Shown here: positions 20,772 through 30,628 of the stretch, in pieces | Layout: the number at the start of each line of letters is the position of its first letter | Numbering within the stretch: position 1 is the first letter of the stretch | Assembly: GCA_963517015.1 (NCBI GenBank) | Contig: CAUQDV010000003.1 | Span: forward strand, 133,522-197,521 | Direction of reading: 5' to 3' | DNA from: an uncultured Devosia sp. | GTDB taxonomy: Bacteria; Pseudomonadota; Alphaproteobacteria; Rhizobiales; Devosiaceae | Length of the DNA stretch: 64,000 nucleotides | Program-made: the position numbers and the translations under genes | The notes under the pieces: model-generated | Databases searched by the model: none | Told to the model about the DNA's origin: nothing | What the model saw: the letters and a program-made list of their open reading frames with translations, nothing else

Positions 20772-21648
20772 GAAGAGCTCTCAGAAACGTGTCCAGTTGG
20801 GAGTTCACCAGGACGTTCTCCCAGCTTAAGTCGCGCACTGAAACTGGGGAGATGACGAAGTCATTAAGCTGGTTTATCGTTTTAAGGTCATCAAGCCAAA
20901 CGATGTTAGCGCCTCTGTCTCGGGCAAATTGTTCGACCCACTGACCACGCGTAGATATGATCCCGAGCCCGGACGCGAGGTATTCCAGTGTCTTGGTGCT
21001 CGTCTGCCTATTGAACGGGTAGACGTCCGGGGTGAAATTAAGCCCGAACCTGGCTTGCGAATAGAGCCCAGGTAGTTCAGGGCGCGAAACCCTGCCGGTC
21101 AAAACTATATTCTTGTGCAGATGAGATTTGTCTTCAGGAGAAACCTCTCCCACTAGCAAGACTGTGCACCCCATCTCACCCAAGGCGTTGAGTTTTAGTA
21201 TTAGTCCCGTTCGACCCCGAACACTCCCCGCATAGATAATGTCGTAGGCAGGCGAAGAGCTGCGCGTATCCGCAAAAAGTTCTTCATCTATACCCATGTC
21301 TCGAACGATATGCGGGCGGGGGTTGTAGAACCAGAAGCAGGAACGAACAAATTCACTGAGGAAAATTCTCCCATCAGGCGCGCGCTCGGTCGCAGACTTC
21401 AGCAGGTTTTTTGCCACTGGGAACGGGGGGACGGATGCACTGGTATAGTCATACACTACCCTGCGAGAAGAGGATGCGGTCTTCCAAAATGGGAAGTGAC
21501 CGGGAAATAGAATCTCAATGTCGCAATTTGCATCTGCGTGCTCTATTGAGGCAGTGACCGTCCAACCCCGACGATCTAGGAAAGTGCGATATGCACTCGC
21601 CTCGGGAAGATACGCAGTTTTGGTGAGGCGCAGGTGGGCGGTCGGCAT
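20764..21648 (-). CDS. Glycosyltransferase (GT-B), opposite strand to its neighbours
   Basis: IIYAGS, LTGRV, QTSTKTLEYLASGL. Confidence 0.85.
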   Translation of the reverse strand: MPTAHLRLTKTAYLPEASAYRTFLDRRGWTVTASIEHADANCDIEILFPGHFPFWKTASSSRRVVYDYTSASVPPFPVAKNLLKSATERAPDGRIFLSEFVRSCFWFYNPRPHIVRDMGIDEELFADTRSSSPAYDIIYAGSVRGRTGLILKLNALGEMGCTVLLVGEVSPEDKSHLHKNIVLTGRVSRPELPGLYSQARFGLNFTPDVYPFNRQTSTKTLEYLASGLGIISTRGQWVEQFARDRGANIVWLDDLKTINQLNDFVISPVSVRDLSWENVLVNSQLDTFLRALLK

Positions 21649-21680
21649 GTGATTGCAAACTATCGAATAGGTGGTGCTGG

Positions 21681-22856
21681 ATGAGTTTCAACGCGCTCTT
21701 CGCGCAGGCGTACTTGGGGGCGATTTATCTGGCGCTGTACGCTACTGTCGCAGTACTGGCAATGTTAAAAAGACCAGTTTCCCAACTGGACTGGCTTTGG
21801 ATACCCTTCACTGTCTTGCTCGTAATTTTCGTCGGCTTCAGACACGAGGTGGGCGCCGACTGGGCTGACTACGCCACTATGGTGAACGAGGCAGGGGCCA
21901 GAGCGTTTCCAGCGGTATTCCTAATGCGAGATCCCGCATATCAGTTACTCAACTGGCTTGGTAGTAATGTTGGTGGTGGTGTCTATGTACCCAATGTTGT
22001 GTGCGCGATTTTGGCGGTTGTGCCGCTCTTGCTCTTTTGTCGGACCCGATCCAATCCGGCCCTAAGCTTGCTCGCTGCAGTACCATATCTAATCATCGTC
22101 GTCTTTTTGGGTTATACGCGCCAGTCGGCAGCAATAGGCTTATGTATCCTTTCCATACTGTCCCTTGAGCGCGAGAAATTCTGGAGCGCCGCGATTTTCT
22201 CAATAGTTGCGAGTGTTTTTCACTACACCGCTGCTGGTTTCTTTCTGCCAGTAGCAATTATATGTCTTCTGAATTACAAGAAAATTGGCATATTAAGGTG
22301 TGTCTCTATAATTGTAGTTTCTTCGGCGATACTGGCAATTATACTGATTTTTTCCTCCGGGCTTTGGGAGAAGATCAACACCTACATATTTGATCCGACG
22401 GGGATTTCGGAACGAACTAATAATCTTGACGATATTTTTTCACAGGGCAGATCAAATAGTCTGGCATCGAGTCCTGCGCTGAATTCGGCGGGATCTATTC
22501 CTCGGAATGCTTTAAATGTAATTTTTTCTGTTGGGTTTTTGTTGTTGTTATACAATAAATCAAAAATCATAAGACGGGATTACATTTGGGTCCTATTATC
22601 TCTTTCAAGTTTCATTTTGTTTCCTGCGTCCTTTTTTCTATCTACTTTTTCTGACAGGATTGGGTTGTTTTTTATCCCTCTTCAGATGCACGCAGTGAGC
22701 GCGATAGATGGAAGTTTGGCGGATAGATATCAGCCTTTTTACAAGGCTTTTGTAGCTTTATCCTATGGGTCGGTTCTTGTTATTTGGTTATTTTTATCCA
22801 GCTACTCAAATTATTGGATGCCGTACGATAATTTATTTTTTTCATTGTTTCTTTAA
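21681..22856 (+). CDS. wzy: EpsG-family polysaccharide polymerase (Wzy-like)
   Basis: GFRHEVGADW..Y, RQSAA, FHYTA, DRI; many TM segments; AT-rich 3' half. Confidence 0.85.
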   Translation: MSFNALFAQAYLGAIYLALYATVAVLAMLKRPVSQLDWLWIPFTVLLVIFVGFRHEVGADWADYATMVNEAGARAFPAVFLMRDPAYQLLNWLGSNVGGGVYVPNVVCAILAVVPLLLFCRTRSNPALSLLAAVPYLIIVVFLGYTRQSAAIGLCILSILSLEREKFWSAAIFSIVASVFHYTAAGFFLPVAIICLLNYKKIGILRCVSIIVVSSAILAIILIFSSGLWEKINTYIFDPTGISERTNNLDDIFSQGRSNSLASSPALNSAGSIPRNALNVIFSVGFLLLLYNKSKIIRRDYIWVLLSLSSFILFPASFFLSTFSDRIGLFFIPLQMHAVSAIDGSLADRYQPFYKAFVALSYGSVLVIWLFLSSYSNYWMPYDNLFFSLFL

Positions 22857-22864
22857 CTACAGGG

Positions 22865-23992
22865 GTGGGTATGGCGTCTGTTGCTATAATTGGTAATCAA
22901 GGCTTCTCTTTGCTAAATTTTCGCGGCCCTCTCATTGAGGATCTCGTTGCTCGGGGGCATAAAGTCTACGCCCTTGCACCTCAAATAGATGATGACATAG
23001 CAGAAGCCTTGCGGACGCTGGGGGCGGAGCCAGTACCTATCGTGTTGGCGCGCACCGGCACCAACCCGCTTGCCGATTTGGCGTCAGTCTGGCATCTACG
23101 GAAGGTGCTGGGTCGAATCGGACCTGATATATGCCTCGGCTACGCGGCCAAGCCGGCAATCTATGGCACGCTGGCGGCCTGGTTGGCTGGCGTTCCCTCA
23201 CGCTTCGCCATGATCGAAGGCTTGGGTTATGTCTTCATGCCAAGGTCAGGTGAAGGCCTTGCCAAGCGCATTTTGCGCCAGACCGTAATCGGCCTTTTTC
23301 GCGTCGCGCTAGCACGTGCGGACAGGGTCTTTTTCCTCAATCCCGATGATATTGCCGATTTCTCAGCTCTCGGTCTGGTGCAGCCCTTCCAGCCGGTTAA
23401 TATCGGCGGCATAGGGGTCGATCTGGATTACTGGCAGCCTGCGCCGCCCGTGCTTGATCCTGTCACCTTCCTGTTTGTGGGGCGGTTGCTAAAAGACAAA
23501 GGCGTACTCGATTTCATTGCGGCGGCGCGCCAGATCAAGGCGTCCTATCCAGGCGCACGTTTCCTGCTCGTCGGTGGTATCGATGAAAATCCTGAGTCCA
23601 TCGCGCAAAGCGACGTCGACATCTGGGTTGCTGAGGGACTAGTCGAGTGGGCCGGCCATGTTCCGGTTCGGCCTTGGCTGCGCCAGGCCTCAGTCTTCGT
23701 CTTGCCATCATACTACCGGGAGGGCGTGCCGCGCAGCACGCAGGAAGCAATGGCCATGGCGCGGCCTATCATCACCACCGATTCAGTAGGTTGCCGCGAA
23801 ACCGTCGAGGACGGGCGCAACGGTCATCTGGTGCCGGTGCGTGATCCCGATGCCCTCGCCCGCGCGATGCTGGCCTTCATAGAAGTGCCTGACTGTATTG
23901 TCACTATGGGAGCTAACAGCCGGGCGATGGCCGAAGCACGTTTTGACGTCCGCAAGGTCAATGCCACTATCATCGATACGATGGGCCTCTAG
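22865..23992 (+). CDS. GT4 glycosyltransferase (CapM-like)
   Basis: NFRGPLI, KP.IYG, FVGRLLKDKG, SYYREGVPRSTQEAMA. Confidence 0.92.
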   Translation: MGMASVAIIGNQGFSLLNFRGPLIEDLVARGHKVYALAPQIDDDIAEALRTLGAEPVPIVLARTGTNPLADLASVWHLRKVLGRIGPDICLGYAAKPAIYGTLAAWLAGVPSRFAMIEGLGYVFMPRSGEGLAKRILRQTVIGLFRVALARADRVFFLNPDDIADFSALGLVQPFQPVNIGGIGVDLDYWQPAPPVLDPVTFLFVGRLLKDKGVLDFIAAARQIKASYPGARFLLVGGIDENPESIAQSDVDIWVAEGLVEWAGHVPVRPWLRQASVFVLPSYYREGVPRSTQEAMAMARPIITTDSVGCRETVEDGRNGHLVPVRDPDALARAMLAFIEVPDCIVTMGANSRAMAEARFDVRKVNATIIDTMGL

Positions 23993-24079
23993 CGTCTTCG
24001 CTCCTTTACCCTATCTACGCGCAAACTTGGAATAATACATCAGCGTGAAGAGCATGCTGATGCCAAGCCAGAAGCGTTA

Positions 24080-25396
24080 CTACTTTGCGCCTTTGCGAAA
24101 TAGAACGGTTTTTATCGTCTTGGTCAAAATTACTATGTCCATGTCGATAGAAAACTTTTTTATATAATAAAGGTCGTACGACAGTTTAGTTATTTCTTCG
24201 CTGACAGTCGAAGCGTAGCCGGACGTAACTTGAGCCCATCCGGTAATTCCGGGTTGGACTACACATCGGTAGGCATATTTGGGTTCTGCCTTGATGCTAG
24301 CCTTGGCCACATATTCGGCGACCGGACGTGGTCCAACCAGGCTCATGTCTCCCTTTAGGATGTTAAAGCATTGAGGGATTTCGTCGATACGCAGCTTCCT
24401 CAAGATTCCGCAACCGGGAATAATTCGCGCATCGCCAGAATCCGTTGAGCCGCCAGCAGTGCCTTGAAACATAGTCCGGAATTTATACATACGGAAAGGA
24501 CGGTTGCCAAATCCCCGCCGAATTTGAATAAATAAGACCGGGCCTGGGTCGCGGATGAATATATAAATAGCTGTTAAAGCCGATACAAAAATTAATACGG
24601 GAGAAAAAATTACAATGAAGAAGAGATCAAGGATGCGTTTTACTTGGGAGTATAGTAATTGACTTGGTGAGTATACTACATGGAATATTTCGAATTTATC
24701 GATATTTACTCGTCCAGTAACGCGCTCCAGAAAAGTACTGCTATTAATTATGTCGATTCCTAATATGTGCATTCTGGAAATAAATTCGGAATACTTTGAA
24801 TTTTCGTATGAAATATCATCGACAAGCAGAATATCGAAATCAATTTTAGTAGGAAAATTCGCCACCTCATCAAGTGTGAGGATTCGTGATCCGGGGACTT
24901 GTTCTTGAATGATATTTGCCCCCGCGAACGGCATAATCCGTACCTTCTCTCCTCCTAGTAGGTGGAACCGGTAGTTGGCCGCGCAGATTAGGAAAAGGCC
25001 TATCGTGCCACAAATGGATAAGGCTACGTAACTAATTGGCGCACGGGTTGCCGATATTATCGAGACCATTGCCAAAAAGAGCGCGCCGTAGACAGCTAAA
25101 GCGCTGATGATCGGAGAATCGTGGCGTCGAAACGCTGCGAGAACCATTGACGCCGCAGCTACTGGAGTACCTAGAGCAAAAAATGAGAGGAGAATCGAAT
25201 CAGGGTTTACTCCCTTAAAAGGGAATACAAATGCTGAATACGACAACACTTGAACGATGACTGAAATCACAGCGAGCCAAAAGAAGGCCGTTAGATGCGG
25301 TAAGTACCTGTGCTGCCGGGTGTGACCTCCTAAGGAAGTAACGAATGTCAGGTCCCGGGGCATGGACGATTTATGCCTATGTGGTGAATTGGCCAT
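24080..25396 (-). CDS. Initiating sugar-1-phosphate transferase (undecaprenyl-P)
   Basis: KRILD, YKFRTM, LRIDEIPQ, GDMSLVGPRP, PGITGWAQV, YDLYY. Confidence 0.93.
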   Translation of the reverse strand: MANSPHRHKSSMPRDLTFVTSLGGHTRQHRYLPHLTAFFWLAVISVIVQVLSYSAFVFPFKGVNPDSILLSFFALGTPVAAASMVLAAFRRHDSPIISALAVYGALFLAMVSIISATRAPISYVALSICGTIGLFLICAANYRFHLLGGEKVRIMPFAGANIIQEQVPGSRILTLDEVANFPTKIDFDILLVDDISYENSKYSEFISRMHILGIDIINSSTFLERVTGRVNIDKFEIFHVVYSPSQLLYSQVKRILDLFFIVIFSPVLIFVSALTAIYIFIRDPGPVLFIQIRRGFGNRPFRMYKFRTMFQGTAGGSTDSGDARIIPGCGILRKLRIDEIPQCFNILKGDMSLVGPRPVAEYVAKASIKAEPKYAYRCVVQPGITGWAQVTSGYASTVSEEITKLSYDLYYIKKFSIDMDIVILTKTIKTVLFRKGAK

Positions 25397-25975
25397 AAGG
25401 ACGGGGCACCTGCGCTAATGAGTTGAAATTTTGCTATACAGGCGATGCATTGAGTTGGCACGCACTTTAGCCAGACACTTGCGGTTAGTAGGACGCGTTC
25501 CTGGCTCCGACATACATTTTGCGGGCCTACTTGGTCATGATTTCCTGCAACGGCGGTGGAATAACTGAAAAAGAAATAGCCCTCAGTCCAGCCATCGCTT
25601 CCCTTCTCAAATGTCCGCTGAATTTGCCCTCGACCGCTAGTGCTAGGTCGAGGAAGAATAATTGCGTTCGCTGCGCTGCGCGCACATTGAAGAAGTGAGC
25701 CTGGCGATGGCTTTGACTCATAAGCAGGCCGCGGACGCCTTCGGCGTTGCCCCAGCGCCGATGCCGCTGGGGGGATTGATGGTAGGCGGCCTGTTTCTGC
25801 GTCAACTTCGGGCTCGATTGGCTAAATCCCGCCCAAAAGGTTTCCATGACGGGGTCAGTGAACCTCGCTTTCTTTTTCCTTTACCTACTTTATAGTCTAC
25901 GAGAATGCATCCCTCTTGGCTGCCGCTTCGGCGGAGCACTTGCCCTGAGCTCTTGCGAGTGGGGAAGTGGCCGCT

Positions 25976-26010
25976 GGCATGGATGGACTTAGAATGGTCC
26001 AGTCCATGCC
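25976..26010. terminator. Stem-loop downstream of the DUF6035-like gene
   Basis: GGCATGGA-TGGAC...GTCCA-GTCCATGCC inverted repeat just past the stop; no clear U-tract. Confidence 0.4.
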
Positions 26011-26021
26011 TCGCTTGCCAG

Positions 26022-27500
26022 TTATGCCCGGCTTGCCGTAAGACGCAGATTGGGCAGGAACTTGGGCGCCTTCACCAGCAGGCGGAAAGCCAGCCAAGGG
26101 TGAAGTACACAGATCATGCCCGCATACCAGCGCAACAGTGGCTTGACGGTATGCGGCTGGGTCAGCAGCAGATTGAGCCGCGCGCTATTGGCGGGGCCGA
26201 TCACGGGCTCGATAGCCGGCAAAACTTTGAACACATGAAGCATAAGCGGCGCCCAGTGCAGGGCATGCCGGGTGGCCAGCAGGATTTTCAGACGCTGCTG
26301 CAGCTCATTGTGTGCACCCGGGCGCTGCTCCGGCACCACGTTGCAGCAGATTTCAACCTGCGTCAGGAAGGCGAGTACGGCGCCAAGGTCTTGCGCGATG
26401 GCACTGTCTTCGTTCAAACCGCCAATGGTGCGGGCAATATGGTTCCAGTGTTCGAACACCGCTGTGCTGGCCAAGTTCATGGCGGCCGCGCGACGGATCG
26501 CCTGACGCTGCGGACCAAAGCTGGCATTGGCAGCAGTCAGCAGCGCCTGGTTGTACTGCCGCTCGCCCTCCGTTTGGCGCTGGCCGGGGTGCAACAGCAT
26601 TGCGTCGGTCCCAACCAGGCGGGGCTGCCAGACATTGTGGATGGGGCGCCCCTTCACTAGGCGCGGGACAATGCTCAGCTCCTTGAGCTGGAAAGTGCCA
26701 CGGGCGAGTGACGCGGCGATCGAGGCGTCGTCGATGGCAAAGATCCGCCCGCCAGACGTGAGGTGCATATCGCAAAACGCCTGCTGGGTCAGGCGCGCCA
26801 GGTCAACGGCATCGGTCAGCACCACGTGCTGGATGTTGTTGGCGGCATAAAAGTTCGCGCGGTCGTGAATGGTGAAGATCGGCAGAGTGGCCAGTTGCAG
26901 ATCGAAGGCCATCATCCTCCCGTCAACCTTGGCGCTGACATCGGGCACGCGCCAATTGCCATCGCTGCCCGCGATCCGCTTTTCCACCTGAACCTCGGTA
27001 ACGCGAGGATCGTGCCGCAGGCACTCGGCCAGAGCCTGCTTGAGGCTGTGGTGGTCCAGTCCCTCCTGCGCGCCATTATACTGGGCGCTTCCGATGGAGT
27101 GCAGGTTGGGCTGGGTGCGCCAGGAACAGGCCGGCGCGTCCTTGTCGGAAAAGTGCTTGAAGTAGGCCGCATCACCATTGCGCGGCACGTCGGGCGCCGC
27201 CGGGCGCTGCGCAACAAAGACCGGCTGCCCGCACTGTGCGCAGAGGAAAAGAGAATGCCCATTAGCATTCTCTGCGTGCGCTTCGGTGCGAAGCTCGGCC
27301 AGGCTCGCCACCGTCTGGGGATCGAGCACGCTTTGCGCGGTGCGCCGCTGCTGGCCGAGAGGCAGACGTGTGTCGAGCACCTCGGTGATGGCCCGAAAGT
27401 CGCCATTGCCGAGGTGCGGGTGCCCAGAGACCGCAGACTGGCTGGCGGTTGAGGCGACGTTGGACACGGCGCAGGCAGGCTTCTTGGTCGATTTTGTCAT
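26022..27500 (-). CDS. DUF6035-like protein (Zn ribbon + CoiA/PD-(D/E)xK-like domain)
   Basis: CAQC...YFKH...C Zn-binding motif, YNGAQEG..H..LK, WRVPDV...AFDLQL nuclease-like motif. Confidence 0.72.
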   Translation of the reverse strand: MTKSTKKPACAVSNVASTASQSAVSGHPHLGNGDFRAITEVLDTRLPLGQQRRTAQSVLDPQTVASLAELRTEAHAENANGHSLFLCAQCGQPVFVAQRPAAPDVPRNGDAAYFKHFSDKDAPACSWRTQPNLHSIGSAQYNGAQEGLDHHSLKQALAECLRHDPRVTEVQVEKRIAGSDGNWRVPDVSAKVDGRMMAFDLQLATLPIFTIHDRANFYAANNIQHVVLTDAVDLARLTQQAFCDMHLTSGGRIFAIDDASIAASLARGTFQLKELSIVPRLVKGRPIHNVWQPRLVGTDAMLLHPGQRQTEGERQYNQALLTAANASFGPQRQAIRRAAAMNLASTAVFEHWNHIARTIGGLNEDSAIAQDLGAVLAFLTQVEICCNVVPEQRPGAHNELQQRLKILLATRHALHWAPLMLHVFKVLPAIEPVIGPANSARLNLLLTQPHTVKPLLRWYAGMICVLHPWLAFRLLVKAPKFLPNLRLTASRA

Positions 27501-27536
27501 TGATACGGTCCTTTTTTGCGTTTTTGAGAAAAATGG

Positions 27537-28616
27537 TCAGTTGAGGATGGGGCGAGACGACGCGGCAGAGGCGACCTCCAGCAGTTTGTGCAAAGTGCGC
27601 AGGCTGGTGATCTTGCCGCGGCGCACCTCTGCGTTGATGGCGTCCACCAGCTCAGGGTCGAGGCCGCGACGCTCGATCTCGAGCGAAGCGATGTGGGCAA
27701 TTTCTTTGGGAGAGGGTGGCGCCAGGCGAATGACCTGACAGCGGTCGAGCAAGGGCTGCGAGATCCGGCTCAGATCGTTGACCAAAACCACCCAATTGAT
27801 GAAGCTCAGGTCCACAGCCAGTTGGAGATAATTATCCAGGTGGCTGGCGGCGCTCTGCTTCTCGAACAGGCCAACTAGGGATTCGCTGGGCCGCGGGCTG
27901 GCGTGCCGGCCAAAATCCCGGATTTTGTCGAGTTCATCCAGGCACACGATCAGGTTTGCCGACGTTGAGTTCGCTAGGCCTTCCATGACTTCACTGTGAC
28001 GTGCGCCGGACCAGCTCGCGTCTTGACTCACGATTGGGCTCATATTGGTCATGGTCGCGCAGTCGAGATAGACCAGTTTGAGGCCACTATGCGCCGCCAG
28101 CCGATGCACGAAGCGGGTTTTGCCAGCCCCTGCGGTGGACTCGATAACCAATGGGCGAAACTGCAGCCACCGCGCACCACGACGAATGTTCACCTGCGCC
28201 GACCGGCGAATAGCTTCGACCGCTGGAGCAAAGTTGTGCGCTTCCTCAAACAGGGCTGCTGCAAGCTCGTCCACCGCGTGGGTGTTCGAGGGCCCAGCCA
28301 GCGACTTGATCTCGCCCAACCGACCGATCAATCGATTGACCGCCATTCCATCGCGGCGGTCACTGGCACCGCGCCGGGCGTCTTGCTCGTCTCGATCGAC
28401 GCTTTGCGCCAGGCGCACGAATGGCCGGTCGAGGCCCTCCAGCAGCAATACGCGGGGTTTCCCCAAGGCCGCGCGATCGTAGGCCTCGATTACAAACTCA
28501 CTGCGCATGAGGTCGCGCAACGCCTCGTCGTCGTCAGGTTCCGGGCTTGGACCGGACGTCATTTTCCAGTTTTTCACGATTTTCGACATTTCTGCAGGCG
28601 CACGGAGCCGTGGCAC
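27537..28616 (-). CDS. AAA+ ATPase (Lon-like ATPase module, no protease domain)
   Basis: Walker A STAGAGKT, Walker B IVCLDELDK, DLSFINWV...N, PLLDR (Arg finger); start codon uncertain. Confidence 0.8.
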   Translation of the reverse strand: MPRLRAPAEMSKIVKNWKMTSGPSPEPDDDEALRDLMRSEFVIEAYDRAALGKPRVLLLEGLDRPFVRLAQSVDRDEQDARRGASDRRDGMAVNRLIGRLGEIKSLAGPSNTHAVDELAAALFEEAHNFAPAVEAIRRSAQVNIRRGARWLQFRPLVIESTAGAGKTRFVHRLAAHSGLKLVYLDCATMTNMSPIVSQDASWSGARHSEVMEGLANSTSANLIVCLDELDKIRDFGRHASPRPSESLVGLFEKQSAASHLDNYLQLAVDLSFINWVVLVNDLSRISQPLLDRCQVIRLAPPSPKEIAHIASLEIERRGLDPELVDAINAEVRRGKITSLRTLHKLLEVASAASSRPILN

Positions 28617-29343
28617 AAGCGGGTGTGCGGATCAGCGCGATGGATCGGATCGACGGCGCAGTGGCTCAGTCTCGCGCCATCAGCGCGAGGTCGGAGTGCA
28701 ACTGGCAATCAGGACGGGGGCAAGACCTAGAGTGCGTGAACTACCAGGCAGGCGTCGCGCAATGCGGCGACGCCAAGCCATCCGATGATCCCGACGGGAC
28801 CAGAAATGTGGAGGAAAATCTTGCGGCGAATCCGATCGCGGCAATAGAAGTGATCAGCCATGGCGGCTTCTCCTGTGTCTTCAGGATGGTGGCTGCCTGG
28901 TCAGGCCGCCAGAGTTGTTGCAAGCAACGCTGGTGGCCGCCTTATTGGCAACCGGGAATCCGGGATGGAATCCTCGCTTGACCTTCCGTTAGCTTTTTTC
29001 CGTTGTCAGCTGGTTTGTCCAGAGATGGTTAACAGAAAACTGTGGCTGACTGGCCGATAGATCTAGTGGGCAGGCAAAAGCAGGTCGAGCCACATTGGGC
29101 TCCGGCAGAAGACGTCGTCGCACAGCATCCAATTCCCGGACCCAATAAATTCGCATACGCAGTGTCCGGGCTATCAAAAGGTTTGGAAAAAGTATTTCCA
29201 ACCCCCGGGTCGCAAGCGCCTATTTCCATTTTCCACTCACGTTTATTGCTCCGGAAAACGGCAATAAAATCTTTCATTGAGTGATTTTCCAGTGCTGGTT
29301 GGCTCCATTCAACATTGGAGATACCCATGACCAGGATCCGGAA

Positions 29344-29625
29344 ATGACCAAATCAACGAGCTTTTCATATCGCCCCCGTCTGCGCCGGTGGGCCGCCGCT
29401 GAATATCTGGGCGACATCCATGGTGTGCAAATTGCGCCTTCCACCTTGGCTAAGCTCGCCAGCGTGGGCGGTGGTCCAGCCATCACTTACTTCTCCAAAA
29501 TTCCGCTCTACGCTTTGGCGGACTTGGACGACTGGGCCTTTTCCAAACTGCACCTTCCCACGTCATCGACCTCCGAGACACCGGTCCCATTGTGGATCGG
29601 CAATGAACCCGATCTTGAGCCGTAG
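29344..29625 (+). CDS. AlpA/excisionase-like small DNA-binding protein
   Basis: LRR..AAEYL...STLAKLASVGGGP...PLY...DLDDW. Confidence 0.8.
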   Translation: MTKSTSFSYRPRLRRWAAAEYLGDIHGVQIAPSTLAKLASVGGGPAITYFSKIPLYALADLDDWAFSKLHLPTSSTSETPVPLWIGNEPDLEP

Positions 29626-29635
29626 GAGTTTAGAA

Positions 29636-30628
29636 ATGGACTATACGGCCGCCACTGACCTGTTGCTCAAGGCAAGGGAACACTGCGATCATATTTTTAT
29701 GCATCTGGTCGGGCAGCCCAATCCGCGCGCGTCAGGCAACACCGCCCTGCGGTGGCACGATGATGGCAAACTGCTGCTCAACCTGGCTGGAGACAAGCGC
29801 GGCACCTGGCACAATTTTTCCACCGGTGAGCACGGTGATGTTTGTGACTTTGTCCAGGCAGAGCTCTCGCTGACATGGTGGGATGCGGTTGCCTGGATTG
29901 ATCGCTGGTTCGGCTCACCGAACGACCTCGTTCCGTCGAACGACAGTCGGGGCGCTCCCAAGAAAAACACTGCGAACTGTGCTCCGGACACAAAGAGCTA
30001 TGGCCTTGAGCTTTTCCATGCTGCGAACCCCAGCCTGCAAAACACTATTGCCTACCGCTACCTCCAAAAGCGGCTCCACGGGTTTCTTCCCGAAGAGGTG
30101 GTTCAGGGCGGCTCACTTCGCTTTTCGCCAACTCATCGCAAAATGGCAGGCGTAACCTTCGTGGACTGCGTCGGTGCCCTACTGGCTCTGATGACAGACC
30201 CCAAGACAGGCGAAGCCACCGGAGTTCACCGGACTTTCATCAATTCCAAATTGGAGCGAATTGAAAGGGCTACGCTGGGGACCCAAGGCGTTGTCCGGCT
30301 TTTTCCCGATCACGCTGTTGAGACTGCTTTGGCAGTCGGCGAGGGGATCGAAACCTGCCTCAGTGCTCACCTTTTGCTCGACGGGCCGCCTGTCTGGTCC
30401 TGCTTGAACACGGGAGGTCTCTCGATGATGCCCGTTCTCCATGGCATCGCGGCTCTCACAATCTATGCCGACAACGACGAAAACCAAGCCGGCCAGATTA
30501 GCGCTCGCAAGACCTTCGAGCGCTGGCGCAATGCGGGTGCAGAGGTAACGCTGCATCTTCCAATGACTCAGAGTGCTGACTTCAACACGATGCTGGCCGA
30601 TCTCGTTTCGTTCAAGGCCGCAGAATGA
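29636..30628 (+). CDS. Toprim-domain primase
   Basis: GTW.NFSTGEHGD N-terminal domain, YLQKR, GVHRTF, VGEGIET, YADND. Confidence 0.85.
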   Translation: MDYTAATDLLLKAREHCDHIFMHLVGQPNPRASGNTALRWHDDGKLLLNLAGDKRGTWHNFSTGEHGDVCDFVQAELSLTWWDAVAWIDRWFGSPNDLVPSNDSRGAPKKNTANCAPDTKSYGLELFHAANPSLQNTIAYRYLQKRLHGFLPEEVVQGGSLRFSPTHRKMAGVTFVDCVGALLALMTDPKTGEATGVHRTFINSKLERIERATLGTQGVVRLFPDHAVETALAVGEGIETCLSAHLLLDGPPVWSCLNTGGLSMMPVLHGIAALTIYADNDENQAGQISARKTFERWRNAGAEVTLHLPMTQSADFNTMLADLVSFKAAE

